A stretch of 64,000 bases of DNA, taken from assembly GCA_964016885.1 (NCBI GenBank), contig OZ024750.1, positions 45,198,001 to 45,262,000 of the forward strand, written 5' to 3'. This document shows, piece by piece, positions 1 to 14,961 of the stretch; positions within the stretch are counted from its first letter, which is position 1, and each line of letters starts with the position of its first letter. The notes beneath the pieces were generated by a model. That model ran no database searches. It was not told the DNA's origin and saw nothing but the letters and a program-made list of their open reading frames with translations. The stretch comes from Eledone cirrhosa. Lineage: Eukaryota. The position numbers were made by a program, and so were the translations under genes.

Positions 1-145
1 ACCTAGTTGATGTTGTGTAAATTCCAATGAGAGAGTCTTGTGTCTATGTTAGAAACCGACTCTCGATCTATTAGTAACAAAATTATTAAATTTTAAAACC
101 AGATAAACATACATTGATTCATTCATACATACATACGTACGTGTA
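1..145 (+). mobile_element. 3' end of R4/Dong-type LINE with (CATA)n tail
   Basis: 1-110 matches the reverse complement of 43149-43253, the 3' UTR of the RLE-LINE; CATA repeats follow. Confidence 0.75.
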
Positions 146-151
146 TACATA

Positions 152-273
<122 letters not shown>

Positions 274-444
274 TATATATATATATTATATTTATATATA
301 TGCAAACATACATACATACTTACATAGATAAATACATTCATGTGTACATATTTACATACATATATACATAATATATACATTCATAATGCATATATGCATA
401 CATGCAGAAATACATAAATTCATACATACATACATACATACATT

Positions 445-478
<34 letters not shown>

Positions 479-782
479 TACATATAATATTACATGCATA
501 TAAACTTACGTTTACACACATAGTGACACGTCTTTTCATATAAAAATCCATCGATACAACCACATATATTTATACACCTACACACTTAAAACCACACACT
601 CACATATACAGACTCATATACATATTTACATACATACATCCATGCAAATATATATACGTGAATACATTTATATAAACATACATAATGGCAGACATAAATT
701 CATACATATTGACATACATATATGGACACATACTTACATTCATACATACATCCTTTCCGGCATATCTATATATATATATATA

Positions 783-977
783 TAGGAACCAGTAAGACCC
801 CGACAGCTGAGCTCAAGCCGTTTCGACGGCTAATTTTGGTCCAAAATTAGCCGTCGAAACGGCTTGAGCTCAGCTGTCGGGGTCTTACTGGTTCCTATTA
901 CCCACTCTACTACCTCAAGTATTGAGTACTTTGGTGCGTTATGGTCCACCTGGTTCCTTACCACATTTCCTTCGTTA
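783..977 (+). mobile_element. Family A palindrome+tail mini-element (Penelope-like pLTR derivative with hammerhead 3' half)
   Basis: Perfect inverted arms 783-839/841-897, ~80-nt tail, (TA)n both sides; right arm GAAA-CGGCT-tgagctc-AGCTG-TC. Confidence 0.85.
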
Positions 978-1046
978 TATATATATATATATATATCCAT
1001 ATTGATATATATCTATATATATATATATATATATATATAACTATGC

Positions 1047-1105
<59 letters not shown>

Positions 1106-1173
1106 TATAAATATATATATAAATATGTATATATATATTTATATATGTATATGTATATATATACATAAATATG

Positions 1174-1204
<31 letters not shown>

Positions 1205-1362
1205 TTATATATGTATATATATATATGTATATATATATATATTTATATATATATATATATATGTATATATATGTATATATATATATATGTATTTATATAT
1301 ATATATATACTTAAATAAATATATATATATATGTATGAATATAAGAATATATATAATTATAC

Positions 1363-1420
<58 letters not shown>

Positions 1421-1745
1421 CCACCTCATCGAGATACCGATGTGGAATATAATATAGAACTGTGAAACATACACTGATGGAAAGATAAAAAAAGACTTGG
1501 TCAGCATATTAATGAGGCACAACTAGATAAAACAGCCAAAGCTAGAATTAACCGTCTATTCTCACTAATAAGCCATTTAATGCTCGCTTCACAAAGTTTT
1601 CCTTTTTTATGTGTGTGCTTCCTTGTAAATCGTGTAGTGACTTCTTTAGTTTCATATAGAGGGAAGCTGACGAAAAAAATAACAACAAACTAGTAGATAT
1701 GAGGATACTGATGATGATAATAATGATAATAATAATAATAATAAC

Positions 1746-1782
<37 letters not shown>

Positions 1783-2154
1783 GATATGGCCATGTTGATG
1801 ATGATGCTTTAAGTTTCAGCAGTTTCTCTTTTTTCTTTCAATGCAAGTTATTCAACAATGAGCAATTATTTTGAATTATCGTTACTGCGTAAGATAGGTA
1901 AAATGTGCACTATGTATACACACGTACATATACGTGTGTATATACACACTCTCATTCACACACACGCACACCAACACACACACACACATGTATATATATA
2001 TATATAGTAATAATAAATATGAAGACTAAAATATATATATACATATATATATACATATATATATATACATATATATATACATATATATATATATATATTG
2101 TGCAAATTTATACGGGAACAAAACAGAGAGGCAGACAGATAATATATATATATA

Positions 2155-2298
<144 letters not shown>

Positions 2299-2657
2299 CA
2301 TACATCCATACATATATGCATATATATATATATATATATATGTATATCATATATATATTTACTTATATACATCATTTTATCAGCATACACATAATTTGAT
2401 GAGTGAGGTAGATCTCGGCTGCATACTTCCAAACCTACAGACGTGTATATACACACGTTGATAAGTAGGTATTGTAGGTGTATATTAATCTACGTGTATA
2501 GAAAAGTTTTTCATCAATTTCGTGACTGTGTTAATTTTATTTTCATTCACCACGGTTAAATTTTCGAACATTTTGCAAAAGTGTGGAAAATTTTGGAAAT
2601 CAGTGATATAACTTGTATTGCCAATAATTAACGGTCAACGAAAAAAATAAAACGACG

Positions 2658-2690
<33 letters not shown>

Positions 2691-3106
2691 TATATATGGG
2701 GCGCTATAAAGAATAAAAGATATATGTGTATGCACACACACACGCATATATATATATATATATATGTATACACATATACACATATACATGTGTGTATATG
2801 TATATGTGGGGAAATAAATATATGACTGAGTTTCAGAAAGTTGAGCAAATTTTTAGATATCACGAAAAATATAACTATGTGGTAGTAGATTCAAACACAG
2901 ATATATCCACACTCATAAACACTCCTACACTCACATACACATATACACAATTGCATATTTTATATATACATCAACAGAGAAAGAGAGAGAAATATAGAGA
3001 TGATACCTAGGAACAGAAATATGTGCATCTCTCACTCTCTCTACACACACACAAATGCACACACAGACACACACACACACACACGCACACACACATGCAC
3101 CCTCCC

Positions 3107-3148
<42 letters not shown>

Positions 3149-3470
3149 GAGTCGGGACTCGACTTTTTTTAGTATAGTTACAGTCTAATATACCAATTAT
3201 TCTATAGTATATGTATGTATGTATGTAAGTATGTATGTATGTATGTATGTATGTATGTATGTATGTATGTATGTATGTATGTATGTACGTATGTATGTAT
3301 GCGTATACATATATATATATAAGAGAGAAATATGATTTCGATTCAAGCATAGCTCTGTACAATTAGTATAAATATTTCGTATCTCGAAAGAAATACGGTT
3401 TTAGGACATCACCATAGGGTGTTACCCCCCCCCCCCAGTGTTTGCATAGCTACGTCTTCCTAAAACCGCG

Positions 3471-3580
3471 TGCTCTGATGAACACGAGTGGTTATAAACA
3501 AAGTATTGGAGATCGACTGACGCAAAATCAGGCGGGTAGCGATCTCTAGACCTACCAGATCAAAGAAACAATTGTCAGCA
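3471..3580 (+). ncRNA. Type I hammerhead ribozyme with long stem II region
   Basis: tgct-CTGATGA-(~83 nt)-GAAA-CAATTG-TC-agca; stem I tgct/agca, palindromic stem III; base of stem II pairs poorly; decayed relative at ~51230-51365. Confidence 0.6.
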
Positions 3581-3638
3581 ATGTGAATAAAGCCCTTATT
3601 CTATAGCAAACCTGTCACTCTTCTTTCTTGAATTATAC

Positions 3639-3745
<107 letters not shown>

Positions 3746-4160
3746 GTTAGTCCTTCATTAGTGATCTTCCAACCATCATTGGTATTTATACCTCCGGTTG
3801 GTGCGAGAAACGGCTAAAAAAATCGTTGGGACACGTAAATAAAGGGGACACGAGAGTGTAAACAAACAAAGATGGTGAAGCAACGAAAAGTGAGGAAGAG
3901 AGAGTCAAGTCCCAAATTTCCATGAATATAAGTTCGGTGAAATCGTAAACGAGAGAGAATAAAGACCATCAAACCTGGTTGGAATGTGAGCAAGGAAGGA
4001 ATTCCGTACAGGTCTAACGGGAGGAAGAAGGAATCTAGTCTGTGAATTCGGTGAACATAAGTTCTGTGAAATCCTAGACGAGAGAGAGAAAAAAAGCGAA
4101 CCTGCCTGACCAAGGGTGCGAAAGAAAAGAATTACGCACAGGTCAAACGGGAAGAAGGAT
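3746..4160. mobile_element. Family F TA-embedded element (relative of 52991-54025)
   Basis: Colinear similarity to the left arm of the 53 kb inverted repeat; other pieces at 4640-4750 and 14965-15265. Confidence 0.75.
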
Positions 4161-4186
4161 ATATATATATATATATATTTACCAAA

Positions 4187-4477
4187 ATAACAGATTAAAG
4201 TTTAAGCAAAGAATCGCTGCTTTCACCCTTAACGGGAACTTCTGAAACTAAAAATATCAATCTGTGAACGCGGATTTAAATATTTCAAAAAACGTTGCAA
4301 TCGAAGGGAAACAGGAACACGACGTTTTAAACACCAAAATAGCGTCTACCCGTTTTCCTTCGGGTGCAACGTTTTTCGAAATATTTAAATCCGCGTTCAC
4401 AGATTGATATTTTTAGCTTCAGAAGTTCCCGTTAAGGGTGAAAGCAACGATTCTTTGCTTAAACTTTAATCTGTTAT
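4187..4477. mobile_element. Family E fold-back element, ~125-bp arms
   Basis: Arms ~4187-4313 and ~4351-4477 are near reverse complements; same family as 11184-11400. Confidence 0.85.
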
Positions 4478-4483
4478 ATAAAT

Positions 4484-4534
<51 letters not shown>

Positions 4535-4584
4535 CATACACACACACACATATATATACATACATACATACACACACACACACA

Positions 4585-4644
<60 letters not shown>

Positions 4645-4939
4645 CATGAGAAGAAAGAAGAATACTGCGTGGTTTGCACATGGGTTACATATGATAAAAA
4701 TAGTCCTTCGTCAGTGATTTTCCAACCATCATTGGTATTTCATCGCATTTATATACATATATGAGATGATCGAAACGAAACGCGCGGCGTCAGCAATCAA
4801 CATACGTAATGAAGACTTAACCAATCGTCCTTGTATTACAATTACATTATGTATATCTCTACACCTCGCTACAGACGTTAATGTAAACATCGAGTGCTCA
4901 TTTGGCTGAACCTACAGTAGCCTCATGTTACACTCCGTG

Positions 4940-4974
<35 letters not shown>

Positions 4975-5148
4975 GCAAAAGTTCTACTTAAATTGTTGGG
5001 ATACAACAAGCAAATATTTTTATAACTGATATAAAGCACTCGACAAATATTTGGAGTAGATATACGATATTAATAAATGGCCTCCAAGAGCAACGGTCAA
5101 TTTTTAAAGGGGTACGTCAATGTCTATTTATAAAACTGTTATATATTG

Positions 5149-5213
5149 TATTTTGTCTGATGAAGGCATACCATAATGTAACTTGGTATCCTTGAAATAT
5201 ATATAATGAAATA
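5149..5213 (+). ncRNA. Type I hammerhead ribozyme
   Basis: tattttgt-CTGATGA-agg(c)atacca..tggtatcctt-GAAA-TATATA-TA-atgaaata; all three stems pair; within TA-flanked insert 4975-5250. Confidence 0.85.
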
Positions 5214-5253
5214 AATATGGTTTTATAAATATAGTTTCCATTTATTAATATCG

Positions 5254-5309
<56 letters not shown>

Positions 5310-5852
5310 CACATACACACACATACACACATATGTATATATATATATACATGCATATATATATACACATACACACACACGCGCGTGCATAGATGTGTTT
5401 ATATATGTGTCTGTGTGTTTTTGTGTGTGTGTGTGTAAAAATGTGAATGTGGGTTTATTACTGACTGTAATATATACCTGTATGAAATGTTTGTGTACGT
5501 ATCTATATATGTATATCTAACTTGTTCTATACAACACCAATCTACGTTTGTTCCGATACAGTAATCTATAATAGGTTGGGTTGTGGTAGGCCCTCATTGA
5601 TTTTTAACCGTGGCTATTCAATATTTTATTCTCATTCATTATTCATTGCTTTTGAATATGATATCATCATATATCTGCTTGCCATTTCTAGCAGGTCAAG
5701 CGAAGCATAGTGCAATCCTTTAATCAAGGCATTAATGAAACTCCTTGCATTTTCAGAGAGAGAAATACTGCAAGGCATTTGTTCCGACGCCATTAAAATT
5801 CCAGAAATCCACCGCCTTCAACAGATGATACGTTATATAGATGTTTATTTAA

Positions 5853-6200
5853 AGAAGCATGTCTTCGTGGTTAGAGCGCCGGGCTTACAATCGTGAGGTT
5901 GTAAGTTCAATTCTCGGACCAGGCTTTGTGTTGTGTTCTGGAGCAAGACACTTTATTTCACGTTCCTCCAGTTTACTCTGCTGTAGAAATGAGTTGCGAC
6001 GTCACTGATGCCAAGCTGTATCAGCCATTGCCTTTTCCTTGGACAACATCGGTGGTGTGGAAAGGGAATGCTAGTATTCATGGACAACTGCTGGTCTTCC
6101 ACTAACAATCTTGCTCGGACTTGTGCCTTGCAGGGGAACTTTTTTATGCTAATCCCATGGTCATTCTCAACCGAAAGGGGTATCTTTCCTTTACCTTTTT
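5853..6200 (+). mobile_element. tRNA-derived CORE-type SINE
   Basis: A/B-box head (gtggttagagc..gttcaattctc), CORE-like gagcaagacactttatttcacg; relatives at 35775-35915 (+) and 39050-39390 (-). Confidence 0.75.
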
Positions 6201-7214
6201 AAATGTTAAAGTTGTTTTTGGAAGGATTGGAAAACCGAAGGTAGAGTTTTTAAACAAAAACCACCAGATATTTAGATTTTACAGTCTAAAAACTCTACCA
6301 TTTCGTCGCCTCTAGTTTGCTGTACTATAATAGATATGTATTTCAGACAGAATTGGTTATTCTATTGACCAGGTAATGGCTTGTTCGTTGTCTCGAAAAT
6401 AGGTATTGTAAGATGTGTAATTTACGAAGACAAATGACGTTGAGCTCAGTTAATTAACAAATGTTTAATTGGCTTATATTCTCGGAGTAAAACCTGGAAA
6501 AAACATTCTTCCCGACGTCAATTATGTTAGTCCCATCAATTATTTTAATTATATCTATTAATGGACAGGTCATACAATTAATTCATTAGCTTATTTTTGT
6601 TAATTACTCTCTCATGATATAAATAAATATTGATTGATTTAACATTCAATATTAGATGTTTCCTTTGTTTTATCCTTGCAATCATCAACATTCATACATA
6701 TGTACATTAATATAAATGCAGATATATGTATGTAGGTACGTATGCATGGGTGTATGCATGTATGCATGTATGCATGAGCGTATGCATGTATGCATGTATG
6801 CATGCTTCTATATATAAAGCACGTTTGTACGTATATGTATGTGCATGCGTGATCGTGCATTTATTGTATGTGTTTTTCTTTGAAGCTATGTATGTATCTA
6901 TGTATGCATGTATTGCCTGGTGTATGTGTCTGTTCCTGAATATAAAATCGACTAATTAAACACCATTTATTACATCTGAATAACTCTTGCCTCTTCCCAC
7001 TCCTCGCTGATTGCATAGGAGAATTTTGTTTTCTTTTTGCCAACATAAGCTGTACAAATAAAATAAAAATAATGATATAAAACACCCAACATTCACACAT
7101 GTGTACATATCACATGACTAAATGACTGCTGAATCACTCTACAAGATATTCAGTTGTTTTAGTTCATTTAAACTTAATGACATTTCAGAACTCTCGCAAG
7201 ATCTTCTATTCATA

Positions 7215-7980
7215 TATTAACACTAAAGTACCAGTAATACACTGGAATAATTGCTGGCCTTGTGCCAAAAGTAGAAACAACCAACATATTAACTTTCTTA
7301 GGGCAGTGGTTTGGCAGTGTCAGTAGAGTCGGACATCATGCTTTGTAGCATAGAGTTACGGTCCTTTACGGTCTGAGTTCAAATCCCGCCGAGGTTAACT
7401 TTGCATTTCATCCTTACGGGGTCGACAAAATAAAGCACCAATAACGTAGTGGGTTCGATTTAATCGACTTTAATTATTACTGGCCTTGTGGCTATAGAAG
7501 AAATCCTTATTTTAACTCTCTCAGAGCAGCGAATTGGCAGTATATGTAGAGTGTCGGACATAATTTTGCGGCATGTAGTTATGGCCCTTTACGACCTAAG
7601 ATTCAAATGCCACCGAGGATAGCTTTGTCTTTCATCCTTGCTGTGTCGATAAAATAAAGTACCAGTACCTATGGTCGATTTAATCGACTTGGCCCTCCCA
7701 AAATGTTGGATTTATGCCTAAAGTAGAAGCTATTATATTAACTCTCTTAGGGCGGCGGTTTGGCAGTATCAGTAGAGCGCCAGACACTATGTTTTGCGGC
7801 ATGTAGTTATGGCCCTTTAATTTCTGAGATTCAAATGCACCGAGGTTAGTCTTACCTTTCATCCTTACGGGGTTGATAAAATAAAATACCAGTTATGCAC
7901 AGGGGTTGATTTAATCCCATCTTCTCAAATTGCTGGCCTTGCGTCTAATGTAGAAACAATTAATATATTAACTCTCCTTA
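7215..7980 (+). mobile_element. Tandem array of ~200-bp tRNA-derived SINEs (3 full copies + 1 fragment)
   Basis: Repeated gggcggtgg..tggcagtatc..gagttcaaatc..ctttcatccttacggggtcgataaaataaagtaccag..gctggccttgtg..gtagaaacaat units. Confidence 0.9.
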
Positions 7981-8387
7981 TAAAAGCTAATTAATTTCCC
8001 TGTAATTTAATAACCCTGAATGTGCGGGATACAAGGTTTACGTGTTGGGCCCACGATCATCAATCGTGGATCTGATACCTGGACTGGACGGCACGTTGTG
8101 TCTTTGCGAAATATGTTTGAGTTCTCGCTAGTTTTTAATGATATTAATGGGGCTCCCACTATAAAAACATACATGAAGACACTCATAATATGTGACCTCT
8201 TAGAAGCCAGATAGATCTAGAAAAATGTGACATGTTAATTTATTTTATTTATTTCTATTTAACAACTATAGATAGATAGATAGATAGATTGATTGATTGA
8301 TAGATAAATATATTGATAGATAGATAGATACATTGATTGATTGATAGATAAATAGATTGATTGATTGATTGATAGATAGATAGATAC

Positions 8388-9308
8388 ATTTCTTTATTAG
8401 CCACAAGGGCACAAAAGAAGGGGACAAATACAAATGGGGAGTTTACATACATGTATATGAAAATAAAACTATTAATACAATAACAAATAACAATTGAAAT
8501 CCCCAATAGGGGGGGGGGGGGTTACACAGGGGTTGTACACACCCCGAAAAAATGTACAACCCTCATCTCCAGGAGCACCAAGAGTGAGTACTCCCTTCCT
8601 CTCTTCCTCTTTTTCCTCAACCTACAGGCTTATATAGAGAGAAGGGCCAACCACTCGGACCATCTTTGCCACATTCACCCACCTTTTATAAAACTTGCTG
8701 GGGTACAGCACCTCTCTCTCCATCCTGATTCTTCTTCCAAAGTGATATTTGAAAAAAACCAATCAGTTGCTCGCCGGAGAGAAAGGTGTCTGACCTCAGC
8801 TCTTTTAACCTCGTGCACCATACAACCTCTTTCACCATAGCCATAACACATAGGAAAACCGCCTCTCCCTCGTTTTTGAAGGAGGGTGGCGGTTTGATCA
8901 TGACAATGGACTCGGTGGTCAACTGGATTGGTCCCACCCGTGACAATAGTCGTTCTACATAGCCCCACAGGTCGGTAACGCCAGGGCAGTGTACAAATGC
9001 GTGTGCGACGGTTTCCTCGTCGCGCACACATCTCGGACAGATCTTTTTCGAAGGGTCCCTACCTGGGCGCCCGTATCTGTAGAGCTTGTCTCGAACTGGT
9101 AGAGCTCCTCGGTAGCACTGCCAGGCCAGGGACTTTTGGAAGTTGTCCATTGGTCCTGGGCGGAAGGTCCTACCGAACAGACTGGCCAGTTCGTCCTCCT
9201 CTACGCCTACAGTTTCTCCGAGCGTGTCGTCGCACTTGCTGCGGACCAACCCTCTATAGAATGTCGAAGTGGAGTCTCCACTGATCGCCGGGTCCGTTTG
9301 CCAGAGTA
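8388..9308 (-). mobile_element. 5'-truncated Tx1/L1-type LINE (zf-RVT C-terminus + 3' UTR)
   Basis: ORF 8686-9249: W..YRGALPVRDKL..CPRC..EETVAHAFVHC; AATAAA then (TATC)n; (GATA)n on both flanks. Confidence 0.8.
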
Positions 9309-9421
9309 ATAGATAGATAGATATATTTCTTTATGCCAGAGTGATAGATAGATAGATAGATTGATTGATTGATAGATATAGATATATATATATATAGAGA
9401 GAGAGAGAGATTGATCGATTA

Positions 9422-9452
<31 letters not shown>

Positions 9453-9530
9453 TATAGAAAGATAATTAGATAGATAGATTGATTGATTGATATATAGATA
9501 TAGATATATATATATATAGATTGATCGATT

Positions 9531-9601
<71 letters not shown>

Positions 9602-10222
9602 TATTAGAAAGATAGATAGATTGATAGAAAGTAAGATAGGTTGATAAATAGATAGCTGCGCGATGATAACCAAGAAAAAAAAAAACATGAGAAGAAAAAA
9701 TAAACAATAAGTTTATCTAAGTTTGCAGATGAAATCCAAACTTTAGATCACACAGAAGAAAATTCGAATTTCATATTTGTTGGCATTCGCAGCCATTTTG
9801 TATTCTTTCATATATCTTAATGTCTCTTATATTTTGGCTGAAAGATCTAACAGTTGCTAAATATCAATTTACTAAAGACACGGAAATTCACCAAGGATGA
9901 GATCGTGACATATTTCTTGTCCAAAAGGCATGGATATTCTTTGGATGGCGCTGGTTAAGATTAAATAAAGATAAAAGCCCGCAAAACGCTAATAGGTGAA
10001 CTGTTTGATATTGTTTACACACCGTTAATATCTTCACGTTGCTATATAGTAGAGTCGTTTCATCGGTCTTTTAAATTTGCTTGTCTCCTGGAAAGCACAA
10101 CTATTATACACTTTAATGCCACTTTAATCATCACCATCATCATCATCATCATGTCCACCATCACCATTATCATCATTACCACCACCAACATCATCATCTC
10201 ATCACCATCTTCATCATCCTTG

Positions 10223-10263
<41 letters not shown>

Positions 10264-10423
10264 GTCAACTATGTTATAATAGTGATCACTGTTATAGTAC
10301 ATATCTTTAGTAATTTACACAGGAACACTCCCTACATATACATACTTATACACATATATATTAATGTACACATACCCAACACACACACACACACACACAC
10401 ACATATCTATACATAGATGTACG

Positions 10424-10611
<188 letters not shown>

Positions 10612-10624
10612 TATATATATATCT

Positions 10625-10698
<74 letters not shown>

Positions 10699-10865
10699 GT
10701 ATATGTATATGTATATGTATATATATATATATATGTATATGTATATATATATATATGTATATGTATATATATATATATGTATATGTGTATATGTATATAT
10801 ATAAAAGTCTCTGTGCGTGTTCCAGTGTATGTATAATTTCTAACGCACACATATTTATGTATATG

Positions 10866-10902
<37 letters not shown>

Positions 10903-10930
10903 TTATATATATGTATATATATATATATAC

Positions 10931-10977
<47 letters not shown>

Positions 10978-10981
<4 letters not shown>

Positions 10982-11156
10982 AACCAGTAAGACCCCGACA
11001 GCTGAGCTCAAGCCGTTTCGACGGCTATTAGCCGTCGAAACGGCTTGAGCTCAGCTGTCGGGGTCTTACTGGTTCCTATTACCCACTCTACTACCTCAAG
11101 TATTGAGTACTTTGGTGCGTTATGGTCCACCTGGTTCCTTACCACATTTCCTTCGT

Positions 11157-11157
<1 letters not shown>
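10978..11157 (+). mobile_element. Family A palindrome+tail mini-element
   Basis: Matches the 783-977 copy except 12 nt shorter at the axis (11028). Confidence 0.85.
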
Positions 11158-11183
<26 letters not shown>

Positions 11184-11187
<4 letters not shown>

Positions 11188-11400
11188 TAAGATAACAGAT
11201 TAAAGTTTAAGCAAAGAATCGCTGCTTTCACCCTTAACGGGATCTTCTGAAGATCCCGTTAAGGGTGAAAGCACCGATTCTTTGCTTAAACTTTAATCTG
11301 TTATTTTAATAAATATTTGCTCTACGGTTCTTATATATTTCATATATATTTTCCTTATCGAGCCCTCTTTGGCTTTTAGTCTTCAATTTTATTATTATTA
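11184..11400 (+). mobile_element. Family E palindrome+tail element
   Basis: Arms centred on gatcttc-t-gaagatc (~11248), then ~85-nt tail; TA flanks. Confidence 0.8.
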
Positions 11401-11489
11401 CTATATATATATATACATATATATATACACTTCTATATATATGTTAAATCTTAAACATTTAACATCTCAGGGTATGTCATGTATCATTA

Positions 11490-11544
11490 TATTTTGTCTG
11501 ATGAGGACGTACTGTTGTACCTCCGAAATATGTATAATAAAATG
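11490..11544 (+). ncRNA. Type I hammerhead ribozyme
   Basis: attttgt-CTGATGA-ggacgtac-tgtt-gtacctcc-GAAA-TATGTA-TA-ataaaat; same family as 62837-62903. Confidence 0.85.
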
Positions 11545-11588
11545 TAATTGATCAAAAGAACATCTATTTTATTAATACTTATATTTTA

Positions 11589-11622
<34 letters not shown>

Positions 11623-11942
11623 AAATATATGTATATGTGTGTGAGGGGTTTGTGTGCCTGTGTGTCTATGTGAATGGCTGTGTGTATAATAAGCTCGCCT
11701 AAAATATAGATCTTTTCTATTTGTTGTACACCATGTGTTGTACGCTATCACACACGATAAACATCGGGGCCGACATGACTTATCTGACATGATTCGCTTC
11801 CAAGCATTTCGCAAGTAATAAGCCAGTATGAAGTTTGAGTATCGGACTTTAATATGTCTTCCGGACCTCGTGACAATTTCTCACTGAAAATTTCCAATGC
11901 ATATAATCAATGAAACTCAGATTAAATACACTTATTATTATA

Positions 11943-12052
<110 letters not shown>

Positions 12053-12251
12053 CATATATATATATATACATATATACTCAGGGGCGCATATACATCCACT
12101 CACAGCTACACAGACACAAATTCTCACATATATACAAACACATAAAACAGACTGATAATACGTATGTATATATGTATATATATTTACATAAATGTACATA
12201 CATACTTAAATACATACGTAGACACACACAGAGACTCACACATACACATAG

Positions 12252-12299
<48 letters not shown>

Positions 12300-12404
12300 A
12301 CACACACACACACACAAATATATATATATATGCTTTTCCGCGCGCGTGTGTGTATATTATAGATTATTCTAAAAAACATTTTTGATTATAAATCTAGCAC
12401 AATA

Positions 12405-13314
12405 TTATCGATGAATTGCCAGTATCGGTAGAGGGTCAGACATGCTTTCCAGCGTAGTTACGTCCCTTTACGATATGAGTTCAAATCGCACCGAGATTAA
12501 CTTTGCCTTTCATCCTTACGAGGTCGATAAAATAAAGTACCAGTAATGTACTGGATAATTGCTGGCCATGTGCCAACTAGTAGAAACAATTATTATATAT
12601 GGTATAATATCTCTATTGAATTACAAAATGATTATATTGAAAACAACAATACTTAAGTAATATAGCCAATGTTTATCATATTTCCTTTGTTTCCATATAA
12701 TTGTTTCTACTTTTGGCACAAGGCCAGCAATTATTCCAGTACATTACTGGTACTTTATGTTATCGACCCCGTAAGGATGAAAGGCAAAGTTAACCTCGGC
12801 GGGATTTGAACTCAGAATGGCAAGGGCCGTAACTTTATGCGTCAAAGCATGGCGTCCGACCCTCTACCGATACTGCCAATCCACCGCCCTTTGTTTCCAT
12901 ATAATGCTCCGTTTAGCCACCAAAGGCAGTCTTTAGTACGTCGGTTACTTTGTGCTAAGGCGCTCTTCGGTCTGCAGTCAAGTCAAGATGAGGCAAACTT
13001 GGCCTTCCATTATTTTGAGGCAAACTGTGTGACCGTAAATCTGTATGTGTGTCTTCAAGTGTGGATTGGCAGTATCGGTAGAGAGTCGGAGACCTTGCTT
13101 TGAAGCATAGAGTTACGTCCCTTTAAGATCTGAGTTCAAATCCCGCCGAGGTTGACTTTGCCTTTCATCCTTCACGGGGTCGATATAATAAAGTAGCAGT
13201 AATGTACTGGAAATTGCTGGCCTTGTGCCTAAAATAGAAACAATTATTTTGAGGTCGAAAAAAAAGTAACATAGCAGTACCGGGCTGACTCTGTTTTTGC
13301 ATCAATTAATCAAT

Positions 13315-13412
<98 letters not shown>

Positions 13413-14140
13413 CTCTCTCTCGCTCTCGCTTTTACTCCTCTGATAGAAACTGTGTTGAGACCTACAGAGGAGATGAGTTTCGTGAGGTTTTGAAATACAT
13501 AAAGCACTGTATGTCAATACGGCCCTCATGTAACAACATTAGGAGTTATAGGCCCATACAGTTGATTTTATAAGCTAAATATTAGTCTAAATAAATCGAA
13601 GCTACTTTCTCTGGAAATACACTGCTACGTTTTGTTTTAATTCATTCATTCGCTCAAACACCTCCAATAGCAACAGTGCGTTTCATATTAACAATAATCC
13701 ATAAGAAAAATACTTCATTCCAAGAATACCATTAGTGAACAATACAAAGTGTTACATATGCTTGTGTATGTCAGCGTACCTTCCAGTTCCCAGATCCTTG
13801 AAACAAATATCATACTGAAATACTAGCCCTTCCTTACATGATATGGCAATGTTTATTGTATCAAAACAACAACCCTAGTTCAAAGCTGCATTGAAACAAG
13901 AAACCGATGTTATTCATTCACAAACAGTCCTACATTATTTGCTATCGTAGGGCGGTGGATTGGCAGTATCGGTAGAGGGTCGGACGCCATGCTTTGCAGC
14001 ACAGTTACGTCCCTTTACGGACTGAGTTCAAAACCCGCCGAGGTTAACTTTGCCTTTCATCCTTACGGGGTCGATAAAATAAAGTACCAGTAATGCACTT
14101 AGTAATTACTGGCCTTGTGCCTAAAGTAGAAACAATTATT
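12405..14140. mobile_element. Four ~200-bp SINE copies (12405-12595 +, 12697-12890 -, 13060-13250 +, 13950-14140 +)
   Basis: Same family as the 7.3 kb array; minus copy flanked by direct repeat cctttgtttccatataat (TSD). Confidence 0.85.
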
Positions 14141-14360
14141 TGCTGTCGTCCAAAATATATCCTCAGCCTACACTTCACGTAGCCAGCAGTCAACCATATG
14201 ACGCCATTTACAGCCTTTTCTACGTAATCTACCTGCCTGTGCGTACATGCACACGCATATACATACGCACATATGCACATACATACATCTCATATATATA
14301 TATATATATGAATACAAAGGTTGGAATTGGGGGCTTTGATCTATGTATCTATGTATATAT

Positions 14361-14645
14361 ATAGGAACAAGCATGACCCCGACGGCAGAGCTCAAACCGT
14401 TTCGACGGCTATTTCTGGATATATATATATATATATATACATATATATACGATATATTTATAAAACCATATTTATTTCATTATACATATTTCAAGGACAC
14501 CAAGTCAAATTATGGTGCGCTTTCATCAGATAAAATATAATATAGATAAGTTTTATAAATAAATATTGATATCCCCTTAAAGAATGCGACCATTTTATAA
14601 AAATATATGCTTGTTGTATCCCAACAATTTAAATAGAACTTCTAC

Positions 14646-14692
<47 letters not shown>

Positions 14693-14782
14693 AACGAGTT
14701 CCTATTACCCACTCTACTACCCTAAGTAGTGAGTACTTTGGTGCGTTATGCTCCATCTGGTTCCTTACCACATTTCCTTCGT

Positions 14783-14816
<34 letters not shown>

Positions 14817-14895
14817 GGAGAAAGTATGACTCTTACTTTAGTCCAGAAATAGCCGTCGAAACAGCTTGAGCTCTGCCGTCGGGGTCATACTTTCT

Positions 14896-14961
<66 letters not shown>

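Noticed and set aside
7215-7980. CRISPR-like repeat-spacer appearance
   Set aside because: The 'spacers' are homologous SINE copies; eukaryotic context; no cas genes
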